NCBI GenBank assembly: GCA_002633005.1
Contig: NMRA01000223.1
Location: 218,237-282,236, forward strand
Length of the DNA: 64,000 bases
Direction: 5' to 3'
DNA from: Phoronis australis
Lineage: Eukaryota; Animalia; Phoronida
The notes beneath the pieces are model-generated. The model worked only from the letters and a program-made list of their open reading frames with translations, did not search any database and was not told the origin of the DNA. Positions 24,730 to 38,750 of the stretch are shown piece by piece (position 1 is the first letter of the stretch; every line of letters begins with the position of its first letter). Made by a program: the position numbers and the translations under genes.

Positions 24730-25914
24730 ACGAGCGTACTGTTTTCAAAACGACGACATACTTTTCTTTGTTAGAAAAGGCGAGAGTTACGAAAGAAAAT
24801 TACGTTTATTGCATTGTTTTTCACTTAAAGGGATGTAACGGGCAAGGTGAATGTCGGTTGATTCCCAGATTTTGAATGTGCCCCATCCGGTCTTTAGTCT
24901 TACATGTTGATACAAGTTTCCCGGCTAGGTGATGAGCAGAACTACCCTGGCTGTGTACAATTCCGGGGCTACGAAAGAAATACACACAGTGGTAGCTAGC
25001 TGTATTTTGACGACAGTCTTCATATAGCTAGCTGGCTGGCTATCTCTACGCGGCATTTGTGCGTGAATTTTTGGTAAAATTGAAAGAAAACCAGCAAGGT
25101 GCACTTTTTGAGGAGCAAAATGTCTGGTGATGATGACAGCGCCTGATCTGGAAACCTTAAGTAGTAAGTGACGCTGAATGACATCTGCCAACTACGGCAC
25201 CAAAATAAAAATATAAGGCTTGTGATGCACCGCCCCCCCCTCTCCTACCCAAGTTCTGCACCTTGCAATGAGTCACTACGCGAAATCTGGTTCCGCTTAA
25301 ATCCTAAAATGGCGGAATAATTCTGCTGCGCTCAGCTGTAACAAGACCTATTTGTACATTTTTTTGAAACGGTGTTCAACTGAACAATACTTACCTTATG
25401 AGACCGCTCTTCAGAAATGCCAAGTACGTGCGGCGTTTTAGGAAAGTGTCGTTGACGTTTCCGTATATGCACAAAAATGCTTTGAGCAGTTTGTACAAAT
25501 TGGTCCCTTTCGCTTTTATACACGAATACAGCCAATTCGGTGTTTTGAAGAAGTCCACTTTTGAGGGCGTTTTCAAAAATTTTTTTGTTTGGTTGTTGCA
25601 TTGAGTCAGTGCCAGCGTCGTATTTGAAATGTACGCGTGGACAGAAAACGTATCTGCGTAAAGAAAAAAGTTGGGTTTTCAAAACTACCATAGTCGTGTG
25701 TTGTCACGGCCCTACATTAATAAACCGAGGCCAAGTACAAACCATGTCTTCAAAATTTAGATAAACAAACTTTACGGCATACCAATTACAGGGTCACTGA
25801 CTCGGAGCACGGTCTTAGGCATACGCATATTGTAATGTCGATTGATTTATATTTAATAACTGTGAATAGCACGTGCGCGTACAATAAGCAATTCACATTT
25901 ATATCCGATCACAA
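24730..25914 (+). mobile_element. 'CAGCACAC' family, rearranged internal fragment (copy B)
   Basis: 24730-25040 matches about 17800-18100. 25041-25685 matches about 15760-16375. 25690-25914 matches the reverse complement of about 61967-62190. Confidence 0.8.
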
Positions 25915-26099
25915 TTGTTTTCCTTTTTTAAAATACACTATCATTTTCGTAATTTTCGGAAAGAACGTAAACTAAAACGATGGGACAAACACTTTATGTG
26001 ATAGTCCTGATTTTACTTTTGATTACCGCACGTGCGTTCATCGACCAATAGATGGAAGAAAACGATGAGACAACTGCCGGAGAAAAAGAATGGTTGGTA

Positions 26100-26163
26100 A
26101 GAGACCGTTTCGTTCCAAGCTTGATGTCTCCGCATATTAGGCATGGGTATTACCACTGAGCTA
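26100..26163 (-). repeat. tRNA-derived SINE head fragment
   Basis: The minus strand reads TAGCTCAGTGGTAA (Pol III A-box); no intact cloverleaf. Confidence 0.35.
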
Positions 26164-27172
26164 TATATAGGGAGACGACACGACTATACTCGCAACGTTC
26201 TGGGGCCCTTAAGGAAGCCGGGAAATTTTCAGAATAGAATTTGAAATTTTAAGTACTAAAGAGGCTTTAAAATGTTTTTAACATAAAGCAAAGTAAACCG
26301 ACAAGACGATCATCTGTCAAGGGGGCCGGTCTCCGGCGCACCGTTACATCATTTTATTCCACAAGCTTTTTAGTATGGGTCTAAAAATTCCTCGACCCGA
26401 CGACACTTGATTCAGTCTAACAACACGATTTGAGGAATGCATTCGTGTGAAACACATGGACACTAAGAAGAATAAATAATAGAAAGCCATGGAAATCGAT
26501 GAGCTTACAAACAGCAGTATGCGTGCATGTGAAGTCTTGACATTGTTTGCAACAATTGACCAATGAAACTGCTTATGTTTCTGTACATGTGCATATTTGG
26601 AATTGAGGGCACAGGCCCATTTGAATAAACGTTGGGACCAACATTTTGCAAATAGATAGAATTTTAGAAACGGTTATGTTAACATTAAATATTTCAATGA
26701 AAAAAGAAGAATGCATACGTGACACTCAAAACACCCTGTACAGTAGTGGTTGGTAAGACACCCACGTTAGCCGCGTGTGCGTGTGAACACCTCCGCTTGG
26801 ACGGCCGAAGCCGGAGGTCCGTGGTATGAATTTGCACAAACCCAACTTCTCGAAAGGTGACTGGATTGTCTATTTTGGGTTATACCAAGGAATAATACTT
26901 ACATCAATTTTCAGAGTTTTTTTAAATACGCAAGTAAGGGGTGTTGGGTTGTCTCAAGAAAAATTATTTCAGTGATACGCTCATAACGTTTCTTTAACTA
27001 TCTAGTATTAAAGTGGCGGATCTAGGATATCACTGATAAGGGGGGGGCATCCAGCTCAAAATACAGGGGTTTTGAATTTCTGAGAATGTGGGCCTTTCAC
27101 TGAAAAGCAAACGGAGGACTAAAAAAATGAAAACGGTGGTGTGGCTCGGACACTTGCAATAGGGCCTGAGCC

Positions 27173-27212
27173 CCCACGCACACGCACATACACACACACA
27201 CACACATATACA
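27173..27212. repeat. (CA)n microsatellite
   Basis: CACGCACACGCACATACACACACACACACA. Confidence 0.9.
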
Positions 27213-28864
27213 AACTACAACTGCACATGTTAAATCTTGTTTAAGCCACATTATGATTACCGGGGTTCGTTAATGAACTCAATATTTCCTCACGCGTTTG
27301 TTGTTTAATTTTTTTGCCGCCATGCCACCCTAAACCCGTCTATTATTTACTTTTCTTAGTACCTAATTCCTCTTAGCGTGGTGAACTTGTAATTTGTACG
27401 GTTTGAAACGACATGGTGTCACAGACACTTTTGCAAAACATACATGTATATAAGCGGAACTAGTGTTTTCAAAAGACGTTCCCATTATTAACGTGTACTT
27501 ATATTTTTTCACCAATCAATGTACCCATTTTATCCGCCCATGACGTGCGGAATCGCAGACTTTTTCTGTCAATAACAAGCACACGTCCAATCATCTGATT
27601 TGCCATCCAGAACGAGAACAACAAACAGTGTTCAAAAGGAAACAACGCAATGAGATACTGTAACAATAAAGTATTAATTATTTCAACATATATTTATTTT
27701 AAAATATCACCACCATGCAGTAAAATTACACCGAGACAATAAATGGGAAAAGTCTCGCTGGTACAAAGTTACTGTACCGTGCTGGTACATGCACTTCACT
27801 TCAGCAAAAGTCAGATTTCAACCAACTCTAATTTAATACCTCAATTCAGTTTGATCTGACATTTACTGGCACACAGTTATGTTACTATATAGTATATTTA
27901 TATTGACAGCACCCCGCTAAAAAATTAACATCACAAACACAAAATGGTCGTAAACACTACCTGCTCTGTCCTACATACCCAGACTTGTATACACTGTAAG
28001 TATCAGAAGACCACAAACAGGGCAGAATATAAAAACGAAGATTTTCCTCAAGTAAGACAGAATGATGCAAATTTTAAAAGCTTGTCAGGCTACATAACAT
28101 TTGTCTCATCTCTTGAAACCTACAGAAACAACACATTTACTGTCCCAATATAACATTGTGGGATGTGGTATTTTTGCGGTGACCCTTCCTTTGATCCTGC
28201 CCTGGTACTATAACCTGGCTATTTTTAAGAAGTCTTCGAATTGGTGTTCACTATGTAAATATGCCCAACTATAAATAGTGTAGTCATTTTTGAGCTTCTC
28301 TGTTGCTAGAAAACAATTGATGTCTTACAGAGTATAAGGTGACAACAAACAGATATCGGACTGAGAAGGAAAGTCAGGTAAAAGACCACTGTAAAAGTCC
28401 ACTTTAATGTGTGTTCTAGGGACCAGATGAAGTTGAACAATATTGTTTCTGCGATAGGATTCTCACCCACAAAATCATTCTATTTCAATTTCAATTTTAA
28501 GCCCTGAGAGACCAAAAAATTATATCAATGATTCTGGGTCTAATATCAGAAGTTAAACTTTATTTTTGATGTCTCTGCTATATCTAAAGATAAGTGTTAA
28601 CGAAGACCATTTAATTCTGGGCTCAAGTACCCAATGATTTTCTTGGATGATTTTCTAAAATGCCTAGTTTGCACTTGGTGATCCTACCATTAAAACTGTG
28701 AGTTTTTACTTGAAATCCCGTACTGTTACCAGTATTAGTTCCTAGATAACACACAGTACACACGCATCTAAATGAACATGGTTCATCGGCAAGATGGCAG
28801 ACCACTCCGCTCGACGAAAACTGTTTGACTTCAATTCTAGTTATATTTATTTCATTCGATTTTA

Positions 28865-30891
28865 CATCATACCTCATCTCAGTAAAACTTGTTATAAATC
28901 ATTGTAGAAAAATTATTTGTATCGTTGCCACAAGACGTTAACAAAAGCGGTCACCGATTTTAACTGTTTTGTCTATACATGTATGTTTGATGAATAAACG
29001 TCGGTCGAAATCAATTTTTATGATATTGATTCTTGCCAAAGGTTTCAATCGTGCCCTCTTAAGAGTATTGACTAGCCCAGGCGACCACTAGAATCGATGC
29101 AAAAAAATAAACAAGTTGATTTTAACCTGTCATAGAAGTGGGATTAAAAGCGTTATCGTTTGCGGTGTTCTTTTTGAGTCACTGGGTTAATCATTTTTAC
29201 GCTCTACATGATAATGCACACTACCTCGGAACTTTTTTTAGGATTGCATGTACCGAGTTTCATATACTCAGATTTTATTTTCAGAGTCTTACCACTTGGA
29301 GTAGACTGGAAACGCAAATTATTGCGTTCCTACTCCAAAAGCCTCGGAAGATTCTAGCCTTTTTGCGAAGCTATTTACTAAATTCAATTTAAAATTTGGG
29401 AAAATGTGAGTAAAAACTGACAAAATAAAATCTCCTTCGAGTAATCCAAATTATTTACCGGCGTTGCAAAAAATTAGTTTACTACCGTTATTCTGTTGCT
29501 AATATTGTGATGTCATCTTTTGTGTCGGCTTTCTGCGCAATAAAATAGTGCGTCACCTTTTAGCCAATTCCTTATTCCCAGTTTCTTCAATCAAACGTTC
29601 TCCCTCGAGGTTGTGTAAACGTCACAACAAATGATCAGACTTTGTTTCACTTCATTACAAGTTTTTTTAGAATTTCCACATCAGTTACATGATTTTAGAA
29701 CAAATTCAACTTTGCTAACCAGGGATGGTGTCATCATCTCATGGAAAACGTCAAAAAAGTCTGGAAGTGGCGCGTGTCACAAATGCACGGCCTTTCAAAA
29801 CGACAACATACATTTCTTTATTACAAAAGGCGAAGAATTGCGGAAGAAAATGACGTTGGATATTTTTGCTTAAACGGCTGTAACGGCTAGGCGAGTGTCA
29901 GTTAACTCCCAGATTTTGCATGCACACCCGCCCGTCTTTAGCTCTTGTTGCTACAAGTTTCACGATTAGGTGACGAGCGTAAATTCCGGGCTGTGTGCAA
30001 TTTCGAGGTCTATCGCAGCTCAATAAACAGGGGCACTTTGCTGCATTTTGACGACAGTCTTCATACCGCTAGCTGGCTAGATAGGAAGGCTCTAACTTCA
30101 AAACTATTTTTACTCCGAAAGTGACTACATGATGATTAATCACGGCTCACTGACACTATAACCTATCACATTCCTCCGTTTTCATGCGCCCATGATCTTA
30201 GTAATTGCGCTGAAATAAACTTCTGTTGTATTGCTGTACCAACACATTAAGAAACTGTAGAAACATAAGCAATAATTGTCTGCGGGAAAGCGCAATATAC
30301 AGCGTGAAGAAGAGCTGATCAAGAGCAATAACGGATGAGCGCCAATGAGTGCTACTTGTAGAGCATTCCAGGCATTAAAACACTGAGGTCACAAAACATC
30401 CAGAGTTGTATTCCGGTTTTTATGCAAATTTAGTGTAACATTATGAATTTCTTGGTCGTTGATACTTTTTATGCTTAATGTATACAAAGTATCATATCTA
30501 GAATTCGAAATTGTGTTTCTGCGATGTCATTTAACGTTTGATTTTACCACGCCGTAGGCAAATTTAAAATAAAGTTTACGATGGTGCAATTTCATGCAAT
30601 TTGCATTTGTAGGCTGATCCGATTTTACCACCTTTTAAATGTCGATAAACCGATGTCAAGACTGGAGTTGCCACTGGTGAACGAACAGCGAACGGTTAAA
30701 TGCTTGTTTGTCCAAAGTCCAAACGCTAAGTCATAAAATGGTAATTGCCGACACAGGACACGCATAATCCGACCACGTTGCCGAACAATTGCCGACCACA
30801 GAGGCTACACAGCAGACGTCTCCTAGCTGACAGTTGTTGGTCGGCTGCTAGTAGGCTAGACGTCCGGTCGAAAAATTCGTGATGTGTGCTG
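28865..30891 (+). mobile_element. 'CAGCACAC' family, right arm (copy C)
   Basis: Colinear with 16901-18996; ends AAAAATTCGTGATGTGTGCTG|TA. Confidence 0.88.
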
Positions 30892-31909
30892 TAGTCCATG
30901 TCTTCAATCGGCCATGTTTTCTGAAGTTTTCAATAAAAAGGCAATGAAGGAGTAGCCGCATGAATTCCAACAACGGCCCCTCAACGCCTGGGGTCCTTAA
31001 TTGTCATTAGAGATCAACAATTTAACAAATAGTAACTGACAACAACTGGTGTTTTCTGCCGGGCTCTCAAATTTTATCAATTTTGAGAACAAAGACAAAG
31101 TAAAGAGACAAACAGATGGTTATGCATGACGTGCTCACAGGCTTCAAAGGGTCAGAAGTTAAATGTTTGGCGGTTGAATAATGCTCTCTTGCATTTTGTG
31201 TCTTCTAGTGATTCGCTTTCTTTGTTTACTTGACTGCCTATGATCATACGCCTAAATAGGTTGCCCTGGCTTAGGTTAGACGCCTGAAAATTATTCTCAG
31301 GAATTCGCGCCCACATCCGACCTCTTGCTTTCTGTGGCCCTGCAAGCCGATGGTAGCTCGAACCCTACAGACTGAGTAGGCAACGCAACACTGCAAACCA
31401 CAATGAACCCTCGTAGGCTGAGTAATTGCGTAATTGGAATTTGTGTATGCGTGCTCTGCGCTGCATTTGTATCGATTGGATAAAATGAGATATACATTGA
31501 TTGATAAATCTTTAAGTAAGAAATGTTAAGGACAGGTTCAGTTTTTCCAAAACACACCTTTTTGAACAGGCAGATTCCAGGAAACATGGAAACGTTTAAT
31601 AACCCCGCTGGTTTACTGATAATGCATATGCAAGACGCAAAATGGTTCACGCACTGACAAAACAAGGGACAATGAGATATGGATAAATACATGGCAACCA
31701 CGTCGAGCAGTGGCACTGACATCCATGGTCCACCAACAACGGTATCACTGTCAATCACCAAGAACTCAGTGCCAGTTGACATGCAGTTGTCTTCTTTGAG
31801 GATGGAATCCCGAGTCCACGGCGAGGGAAACGTTGGCAAAGCTGTTGATAAGGAAACCTGAACAGCCTCTATTGGATTAGAGATCTGTACATGTACATGC
31901 CCATTAGCC

Positions 31910-32450
31910 ATTAGCAAAGCTGGAATGCCGAAAACACGCCCAGAAGCTTCAGCAGATATTGGACGATCGATTGCAAAGGGTATAGCACAATAAAACGGTA
32001 CCGCAGAACGCATACAACTTCGACACCAACAACACAATATGTAATAACATTGACAGCGTTCACCAGGAGATCATGGACAATTTTATAATGCATCGATGTT
32101 CTTAATATCTTTCCGTACTTCTAGTACAAGTTCATGCAGGGCCGTTTCTGTTGAATATGCACACAAACTCTTTACTCGGTTTTGGAGATCATACCCTGCA
32201 TTTGTGTTATCGTATAATACTAACTTTTCCAATTATTTCAATTTAAAGGAGCTTAGGGTTATTTAACAGAAATATTTGACATCAACACAGTTAATGTTTT
32301 TAGGTTTTTGGAGCACCACTCTTTTGCCAATTCTCTAATCATTTGTTGCGTATGCATACCGTGACCAAGCGCAATAGAAGGCCTCAAAAGAGGCCTGGAC
32401 TACATGCTTCAGCATTTTAATATGGATATTGAAAGTATAAAGATTGGTTA
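31910..32450 (-). pseudogene. LINE reverse transcriptase fragments (CR1/L2/Jockey-like)
   Basis: Minus-strand YSTETALHELV (RT motif) at about 32110-32160 and HYKIVHDL (RT C-terminal motif) at about 32070-32093. Confidence 0.55.
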
Positions 32451-33432
32451 CTGGCATTCAAATACTTATACTGCACAGAATTTTCCTTGTTTTACTTTGA
32501 AAAGTAAAAAATTGTTAATTCCGTAAACTCTCACTGCTAGCGCTGTTTTTAAAGACTTCATGGAGGCTGTTCAGCACAAAGAGATCGAGGTCATTAGCCG
32601 TGCGAGTATATAGTGCAGTCGACAAATCAACATGTGCATACTCGCCTTTATTGTTCTTCTTCCCTGTGACGTTGAATTTATCCCAGGACCTAGTCAGTAT
32701 TCTGCCCGTTTGCCGCGTCAAACCGAAGGTGCAGTGCCATTGCGGTGCTTGTAACACATAAACCGCAATGGCACAGCGATGATTGCCGTGGTTCCGCCAT
32801 TGATCGCCTTAGCACCGCGGAAAACTGTCAAAACCTCTGAAATTCGTTTGGGCACGGCGGAATATGCTCAAAACGTCCGCAGTGCCACCGCAGGTTGGAC
32901 CAATCCGCAATGGAACACCGCCATGAATGCCGTGGCATCGTACAAGCACAGATGTAGCAGCTCCATCACCCCCGTGCTTCCGCAGCACAATCGTATTGTA
33001 TACAACGAAAACGTAGACTGGGGACCTTAGGGCGATCACGTGGCGGTACTAATTTGATTATGGCTATGCTACCACGGTGATACCACGGGAGCACTGCTGG
33101 TATGGGAATAGCACTGTGGATCCAGGCAGCAATTTTTAGAAAATTTGGCGATCTCACTGCGGAGCCAATGCGGTGTTGGCGGTTTTAATGAGGTGCTTTT
33201 ACGGGAGTGGCGTTTCCACTGAGGTTGTAGTGAGGTGCTTCAACGATGCTATAGCGGCCCTATTTTGTAATATAAAAGCTTCGGTTTTCTGCTAAAGATT
33301 CAGTGTTTTAGAATCTTCAAACAGTTCTGACAGACAGTCAGTAGTTAGAGCTCAAAACAAGTACAAATACTATCAGAAATTGGATCGTCATGTGCAGCAA
33401 CAGCAAGCAGAAGATGAGGAAGCAAGCGATGA

Positions 33433-34285
33433 TTGCCTGGTGCAAAGAGAAAGAATACAAGCAGGGCAAATGAGATACCGGGTGAGTCCTTGGCTGGGGA
33501 TATGAGACTTAAGCAGTTTTGCCACTACAATAACCTAATGGTTGAGCTTAGAAGAGAGGATCCAACCTCGTTCCAAGATATAATCAGAGTTCATCCCGAT
33601 ATGTTTGATGAGCTACTTGCCACCGTTGGATTACGTATCACAAAGAAGGACATCGACAACAGGAAAGGCCTTGGACCCTGGGACGAATCTAGATGCAACT
33701 CTTCACGACCTAGCCTCTGGAGACATACACGCGAGGATGTAGTTCGATTTTCTGATCTCAGTAAACACACTATCTGTGCTGGCCTAAGAAGTCTGCCAGG
33801 CAATTTTGAGTGTTTATAGACGACGTGATGCAGTGCCCTACGACCCAAGACAAATGGAAAGCAGCAGCTGACAAGTTCGAGCAGAGCAGGAAATTCCTCC
33901 GTGCCTGTGGGGCATCTGATGGGAACCACGTCGCAATTGGCTAACCACACTGCAGTGGAAGCTTGTTCCACAAATATAAATGATACTGCTAAATGGTGTT
34001 GATGAGACTTGTTGATGCCGATTATCAGTTCTTCTCGACAGACGTTGGTGGTTATGGATACCTGTCCGATGCGCATGCATAACGATTCCGAGATCAAGGA
34101 ACTCCTGACTGATGCAGCTATCGGCTTGCCAGCACCAGTCAGAATATAAGGGGATGACCAGGACACACCAAATGTCCTGCTAGCTGACGATGCCTTCACC
34201 CTACGGACCTACATGAAAAAGTCCTACGCAGGGAGATAGCAAAGAAATGAGCCAAGAATCTTCTACTACCGGATATCGAGGGGAA
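33433..34285 (+). pseudogene. Harbinger transposase pseudogene (ALP1-like clade)
   Basis: Across frameshifts: YNNLMVELRREDP.SF...R..PDMFDELL, LASGD, CGASDGNHV, VDADYQF...DVG..G..SD, LADDAF.L...MK.Y, YRISR. Confidence 0.85.
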
Positions 34286-35039
34286 GCTGGGTCAATTCTG
34301 TGGGAACGGATGCCATGCGGGGTCATATTGGGACTGTTTCAAGGTTGCAAGGACTTCGGCAGGGATTGCTGTCGAGTCTGCTGCTGGGCCTTGGTTCCGC
34401 TGGCACGCTTATCTAGTTCCAGGTAGTGTGCAAGCAGAGCAGACTGTTGTGCTTGGAACTGGCGTCACAGGGTCAGATGAAGCCCTACCATCACATATTT
34501 GACCAAGTCAGTGTAAGCCTTGTTCCCTGGTTTCGCTGGCTTTATTGGGTTGATCAAGTGCTGCTGGAGCTCCAATCACTGGCACCCTCGCTGCCCCAGA
34601 GTATCTAGCAGTTTATCCCCAACAACCTGGGCCATGGCCGCTGCACCCTTTTGTGTCGCTTACAACAGGGGCATCGCATTGGGTGAGAGCGACTATATTG
34701 AGTGAGTGGAAGTCTGAGTAGCAGAGCCTGTAATTAGACCATCAGTTTCTGCAGATGGTCCATCCTTGAGGCCACCTGAAACCTCGCCAACCAAGGCTAA
34801 GTCCACAGACTCGAGCTCGCACTTGGTATTTGGGACGTCTGCATTGCCAGCTTGTTTTGGAACTGCAAAGACAAAAGGAGAAAGCACAATTAATTAAAAA
34901 TGCTTTGAACATGGCATCATGTTGGAAAATATTACACGCATATTATGATATTTCGAAGTTAAATATGAGGCATATTAAACGTTGACGTAAATAAAAAAAC
35001 ACAAGAGGTACTCACACTGACAAGGCTGCGAGGCTTGAC

Positions 35040-35340
35040 CTCATGTATGTGCGGGCGCAGTTAGTGCAACCTGCGAAGGATCCAACCATCTCTTTCTCCT
35101 TTCAGCCCCTGCGCTCGATTTCATCTTTGCCGTGCTGCGTCCTAACAGAGCGATACCATACCAGCAGGAATGCTACTGCATTATCAAGGTGCCTGCTCAG
35201 CCTCGCCCCGTCCTTGTTTACCTTATCTTTAAAAGCATTGAGCCTCTTGTTATAAAGGTTTGGTTTTATACCAAGCAGTCCGCCATGGCCTCTTCTTACT
35301 CCTCGTTCAGATCCGTACGGACTACTTTTTTCTTTAGTTG
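35040..35340 (-). pseudogene. MADF/Myb-like accessory gene relic of the second Harbinger
   Basis: Minus strand across frameshifts: EEAMAD.LV.NPNLYNKRLNAFKDK..K....WYRSVRTQHGK. Confidence 0.6.
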
Positions 35341-36129
35341 GTTGGCTAATAACTGGTGGTCAGACTTAGAAGCATCTCCTGCACCAGAGTCCCCATCATA
35401 GGGTTATCGTGTAAGACTCAAAGTCTGCTGGTGTTGGAGTAAGGGTCTTCTTTATGGGTTTTCCCCACTCCGACAGTCTGTCCTGTTGTAGCGCGTTTCG
35501 GTGGCGTCTCTTAGTAATCGTAACAGTATTGTAATAACAACAAAAGTAGGAACAGAAATAACAGTAGCAACGTCCTCACTGGGAGCGAAAATGAAGTCCA
35601 CCTAAAATCACCTCCCATATAGAGCCTCCGCACAGACGTCTTGGAGCCGTCCTGCCGAAACGACACCGCCTTACCAGCAGTGGTAACTCACTGGCCCCGC
35701 AATGCTGCCGGCAACAGAACAGTCCTGCCTCCAATGATCGCCGTAACACCGCCATCCATTTGCAGTTGTAACTGAACGGGATCGCCCTCTCCGCAGTGAC
35801 ACCGCCGTGGTTTTGCCCTAGTTCCTCAGCAGCACCGCCGCGAAGAAAAACATGTGTAACGGGTAGGGAAGGCCATAAACTAGTACTAGCGGTGCCACTA
35901 CGGTGATGGCAGTTTTGTCCAAAAACCGTAGATCTTGTCCATAGCAAAGGAACGACATTGACCAAATAGGCTGTCTGGAGACGAATATTTTGTACAATGC
36001 GCTACACTCTTACAACAATAATAGCAATAGTAATAATAATTATCCCTTATTTTCAACATTAAAAGCCTCGGTCGAAATGATACATGTACATGAAATTTAC
36101 AGGATAACGCGGTGCAGCATTTATTTAAG

Positions 36130-38750
36130 GGCAGTGGCGTGAAATAAAAATTCTTTTAGATTAATTTGAGGAATAGGCAACTGCATTTTCACTACCTTTC
36201 CAAATTTATGTTTATTTGGCTCAAGCCAGCACCACCCAGGTATAAAATCAGATCTGAGAAAACAGTACTTTTCACAAACATATGAATTGGTAGTCATCTT
36301 CAATTTGGGACAAACAAAAAGAAATACGGTATTTTGGTCCACAACCGCATGTCTACATTTCTCTGTCGTCAAGTTATCTTTGGATTGACGTAATTTAGCC
36401 ATAGCTGCCAAAAAGATACAGTGCATGCGGAATATCACGCAACAGATAGGATCCCATCTCAATATCATTTTTAAATGCGGAGTATGCAATAATTTTTAGC
36501 CATTCTCTACAACAAAGCTCCAGACTTTTAAAGATAATCTATTCACTGCTCAAAAACGATAAGTAAAGATGCTTCGCAGCCTACTCCCTGATTGTGCCAT
36601 ACCAATCCAAAATCATATCTTTTCAGCAGTTTCAAAACAGCCTTGTCCAATGTGACTTAAATTGGACTTTGATGTGATGTTATGTTTTAAAATTTAAACC
36701 GATAATTGAGCAGTTTTGACAAACAGGTTTACATTGTACATACATATCTTCTCAGTTCTCCCAGAACAGTTACTTCCAACTCCCGGCGGTTACTTAATTG
36801 GCCACTCTCGATAGTAGAATATTCTTTTAATCCCCAAATCCCACCGCCATAGCTAATGATTGGGAATACCATTTTATCAAAAACCTCGAGTGCAATTTTC
36901 GGTAAAAATCGTCCACATTTTGACTGAAGTTGTTTAATTGAAAAAATCGCTCTTTGTGCCGGGTGAGACAAAGTCTCCGCAGCTTGCGTCCAGACTAACT
37001 TAGGAGTAAAGCAAATATATCGGTACCTATAAAATGATTCAACATCAATTTTGTCATCTCCAAAATGCCATTTTTCGTATTTTCCATGCCAAAATGCTGC
37101 ATGATTGTTAACATTTCCAGCTAATTTTCTTCTATGGCAATCTTTTAATAATATATCTGATGACATAAATGTCACTTTGCATTTTCGTCGTAATTCTTTG
37201 TTTTTGACATGTTTTGCCAGATTATTATAGTTTCGGAAACCAGACAACACACTTTTTCTTTCTTTTAAATAACTCAAGCTCCTCTTCCCACCATGACTGT
37301 TGGGTTTTCACAAATTTAACCGCGGTACTGTAATGTACTATCATGACGCACGCAGCTTGACAACTGAACTACGTCTTCAAACAGATTACTCCCAATAAAA
37401 TTCACAATATCACTAGAGAACACTTGTAACCCACTAACAAGCTTGTCCATGGACTGTTTACAACTTTCTGCTTAGTCATATTCACAGACGTCATAATCTG
37501 TGCTATGAACAGTGCGAGCATGTGACTGAGTGAAGTCGTGAAAAACGCAAACAAAAGAAAGATGATGGGACTCATCAACTTTAATATCTGAAGCGAAATC
37601 AAAGAAATCAGTGGTCAACATTACATAATCAACTAGACTACACTCCTTATTAGATTAACACGTAAACTCTCCCTCCATATCACCTGGAAATCTACCGTTA
37701 CATGCACGAACACTTAACTTCCAACACATACCGGGTAGGCACAAATGATTTTCCAAAGACTTTATGATGAATTTTACTGATCCCCGACAAATTATAACTA
37801 TCTAAGTCGTATCATTCACCCGAAGGCAGAAACTCTGTTGGGTCGTCTGGAATATAATCGGGAAGATTGACAATTCTAGCATCAAGATTGCCAACAATCA
37901 AAATAGAGATACACCACCGTGGGCATTTAAAAGGGCATCTTCAATAGCATTTCTCAATATTTCTACACCATTCTTAACAATTTGATTTTGATACATGTCG
38001 CGCTCTCAGATTGGCCATTAAACACAACAGAATGATAAATCCTTTTCAGTACATATACGGGGCTGAAAAAAATACAAACGCACATACTCCCCTGGTGCTT
38101 CTGAAACCTATTTTCCTTCAAATTACCCTTACAGAAACATTTGTACCCAGGCAAAATACTATCTCACTGATTTTCTTTTGTTACTCAAGTTTCCGCGACT
38201 CCAACTAAATCAAAATATAAGTTTGTGCTCAGTTTTGCTACCTAATCCATGTACCTCCCAGAGTATTGTATGCATTTCGCTATCCCTTGAAGGCTCTGGG
38301 CCCTGGCAAGACTGCTAGGCACTTCTGTAGATATATTGCTTGACTTATTTAAGCATTTTTGCTTCATCGTGAATAAAATGTTTTCCACGCCAATAAAGTT
38401 TGCTGAATTGTGTAGTTGCATTCTTCATATTGTTTTCGCTTAAAAATGTGCAGAGTTCCCTTCTGGCTTTTCTCCTTTCACCGAAAAATCTTCTGAGGGT
38501 TCAATTCATTCTTTGCTTTTTTTCTAATTTATTCGTTTTGCCCATCACTTTGCGTTTTTCCTTCGACGAAAATTTGGCAGTTATTGGTCTTTTTCCCACC
38601 TTGTCGACGACAATCCTATGCACACTCATCTCTGCAGAGCCAATTACCGCTATAACGTCATGTCCAAGATATCTAACAAGCAATTCAGTGTCCTTGTAGA
38701 TGTCTTGGTCAAATCACCGTTTCTTTTTGAACACAGTTTAAATAGACTGC
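36130..38750 (-). pseudogene. Decayed LINE (RTEX/CR1-group): ORF1, endonuclease and RT pieces
   Basis: ORF1-like VHR...RPITAKFS...K (38501-38683); APE endonuclease pieces (VGNLDAR at about 37880); RT C-terminus YRY...FTPKL.W...RAIF...FDKMV.PI.SYG..IWG (36729-37277). Confidence 0.75.

Larger units (their letters stand above)
32700..35865. mobile_element. Second PIF/Harbinger transposon (older, decayed)
   Basis: Convergent transposase (+) and MADF/Myb-like (-) relics. Both ends are rich in ACCGC/GCGGT/CCGCGG subterminal motifs (32710-33260, 35570-35860). Exact termini not resolved. Confidence 0.75.

Noticed and set aside
31297-32037. Longest ORF in the window (246 aa, minus strand)
   Set aside because: No domain signature. 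It runs across SINE-like and LINE fragments and a TACATGTA site, so it is probably a chance open frame.
33591-34199. 202-aa minus-strand ORF
   Set aside because: Antisense shadow of the Harbinger transposase pseudogene.
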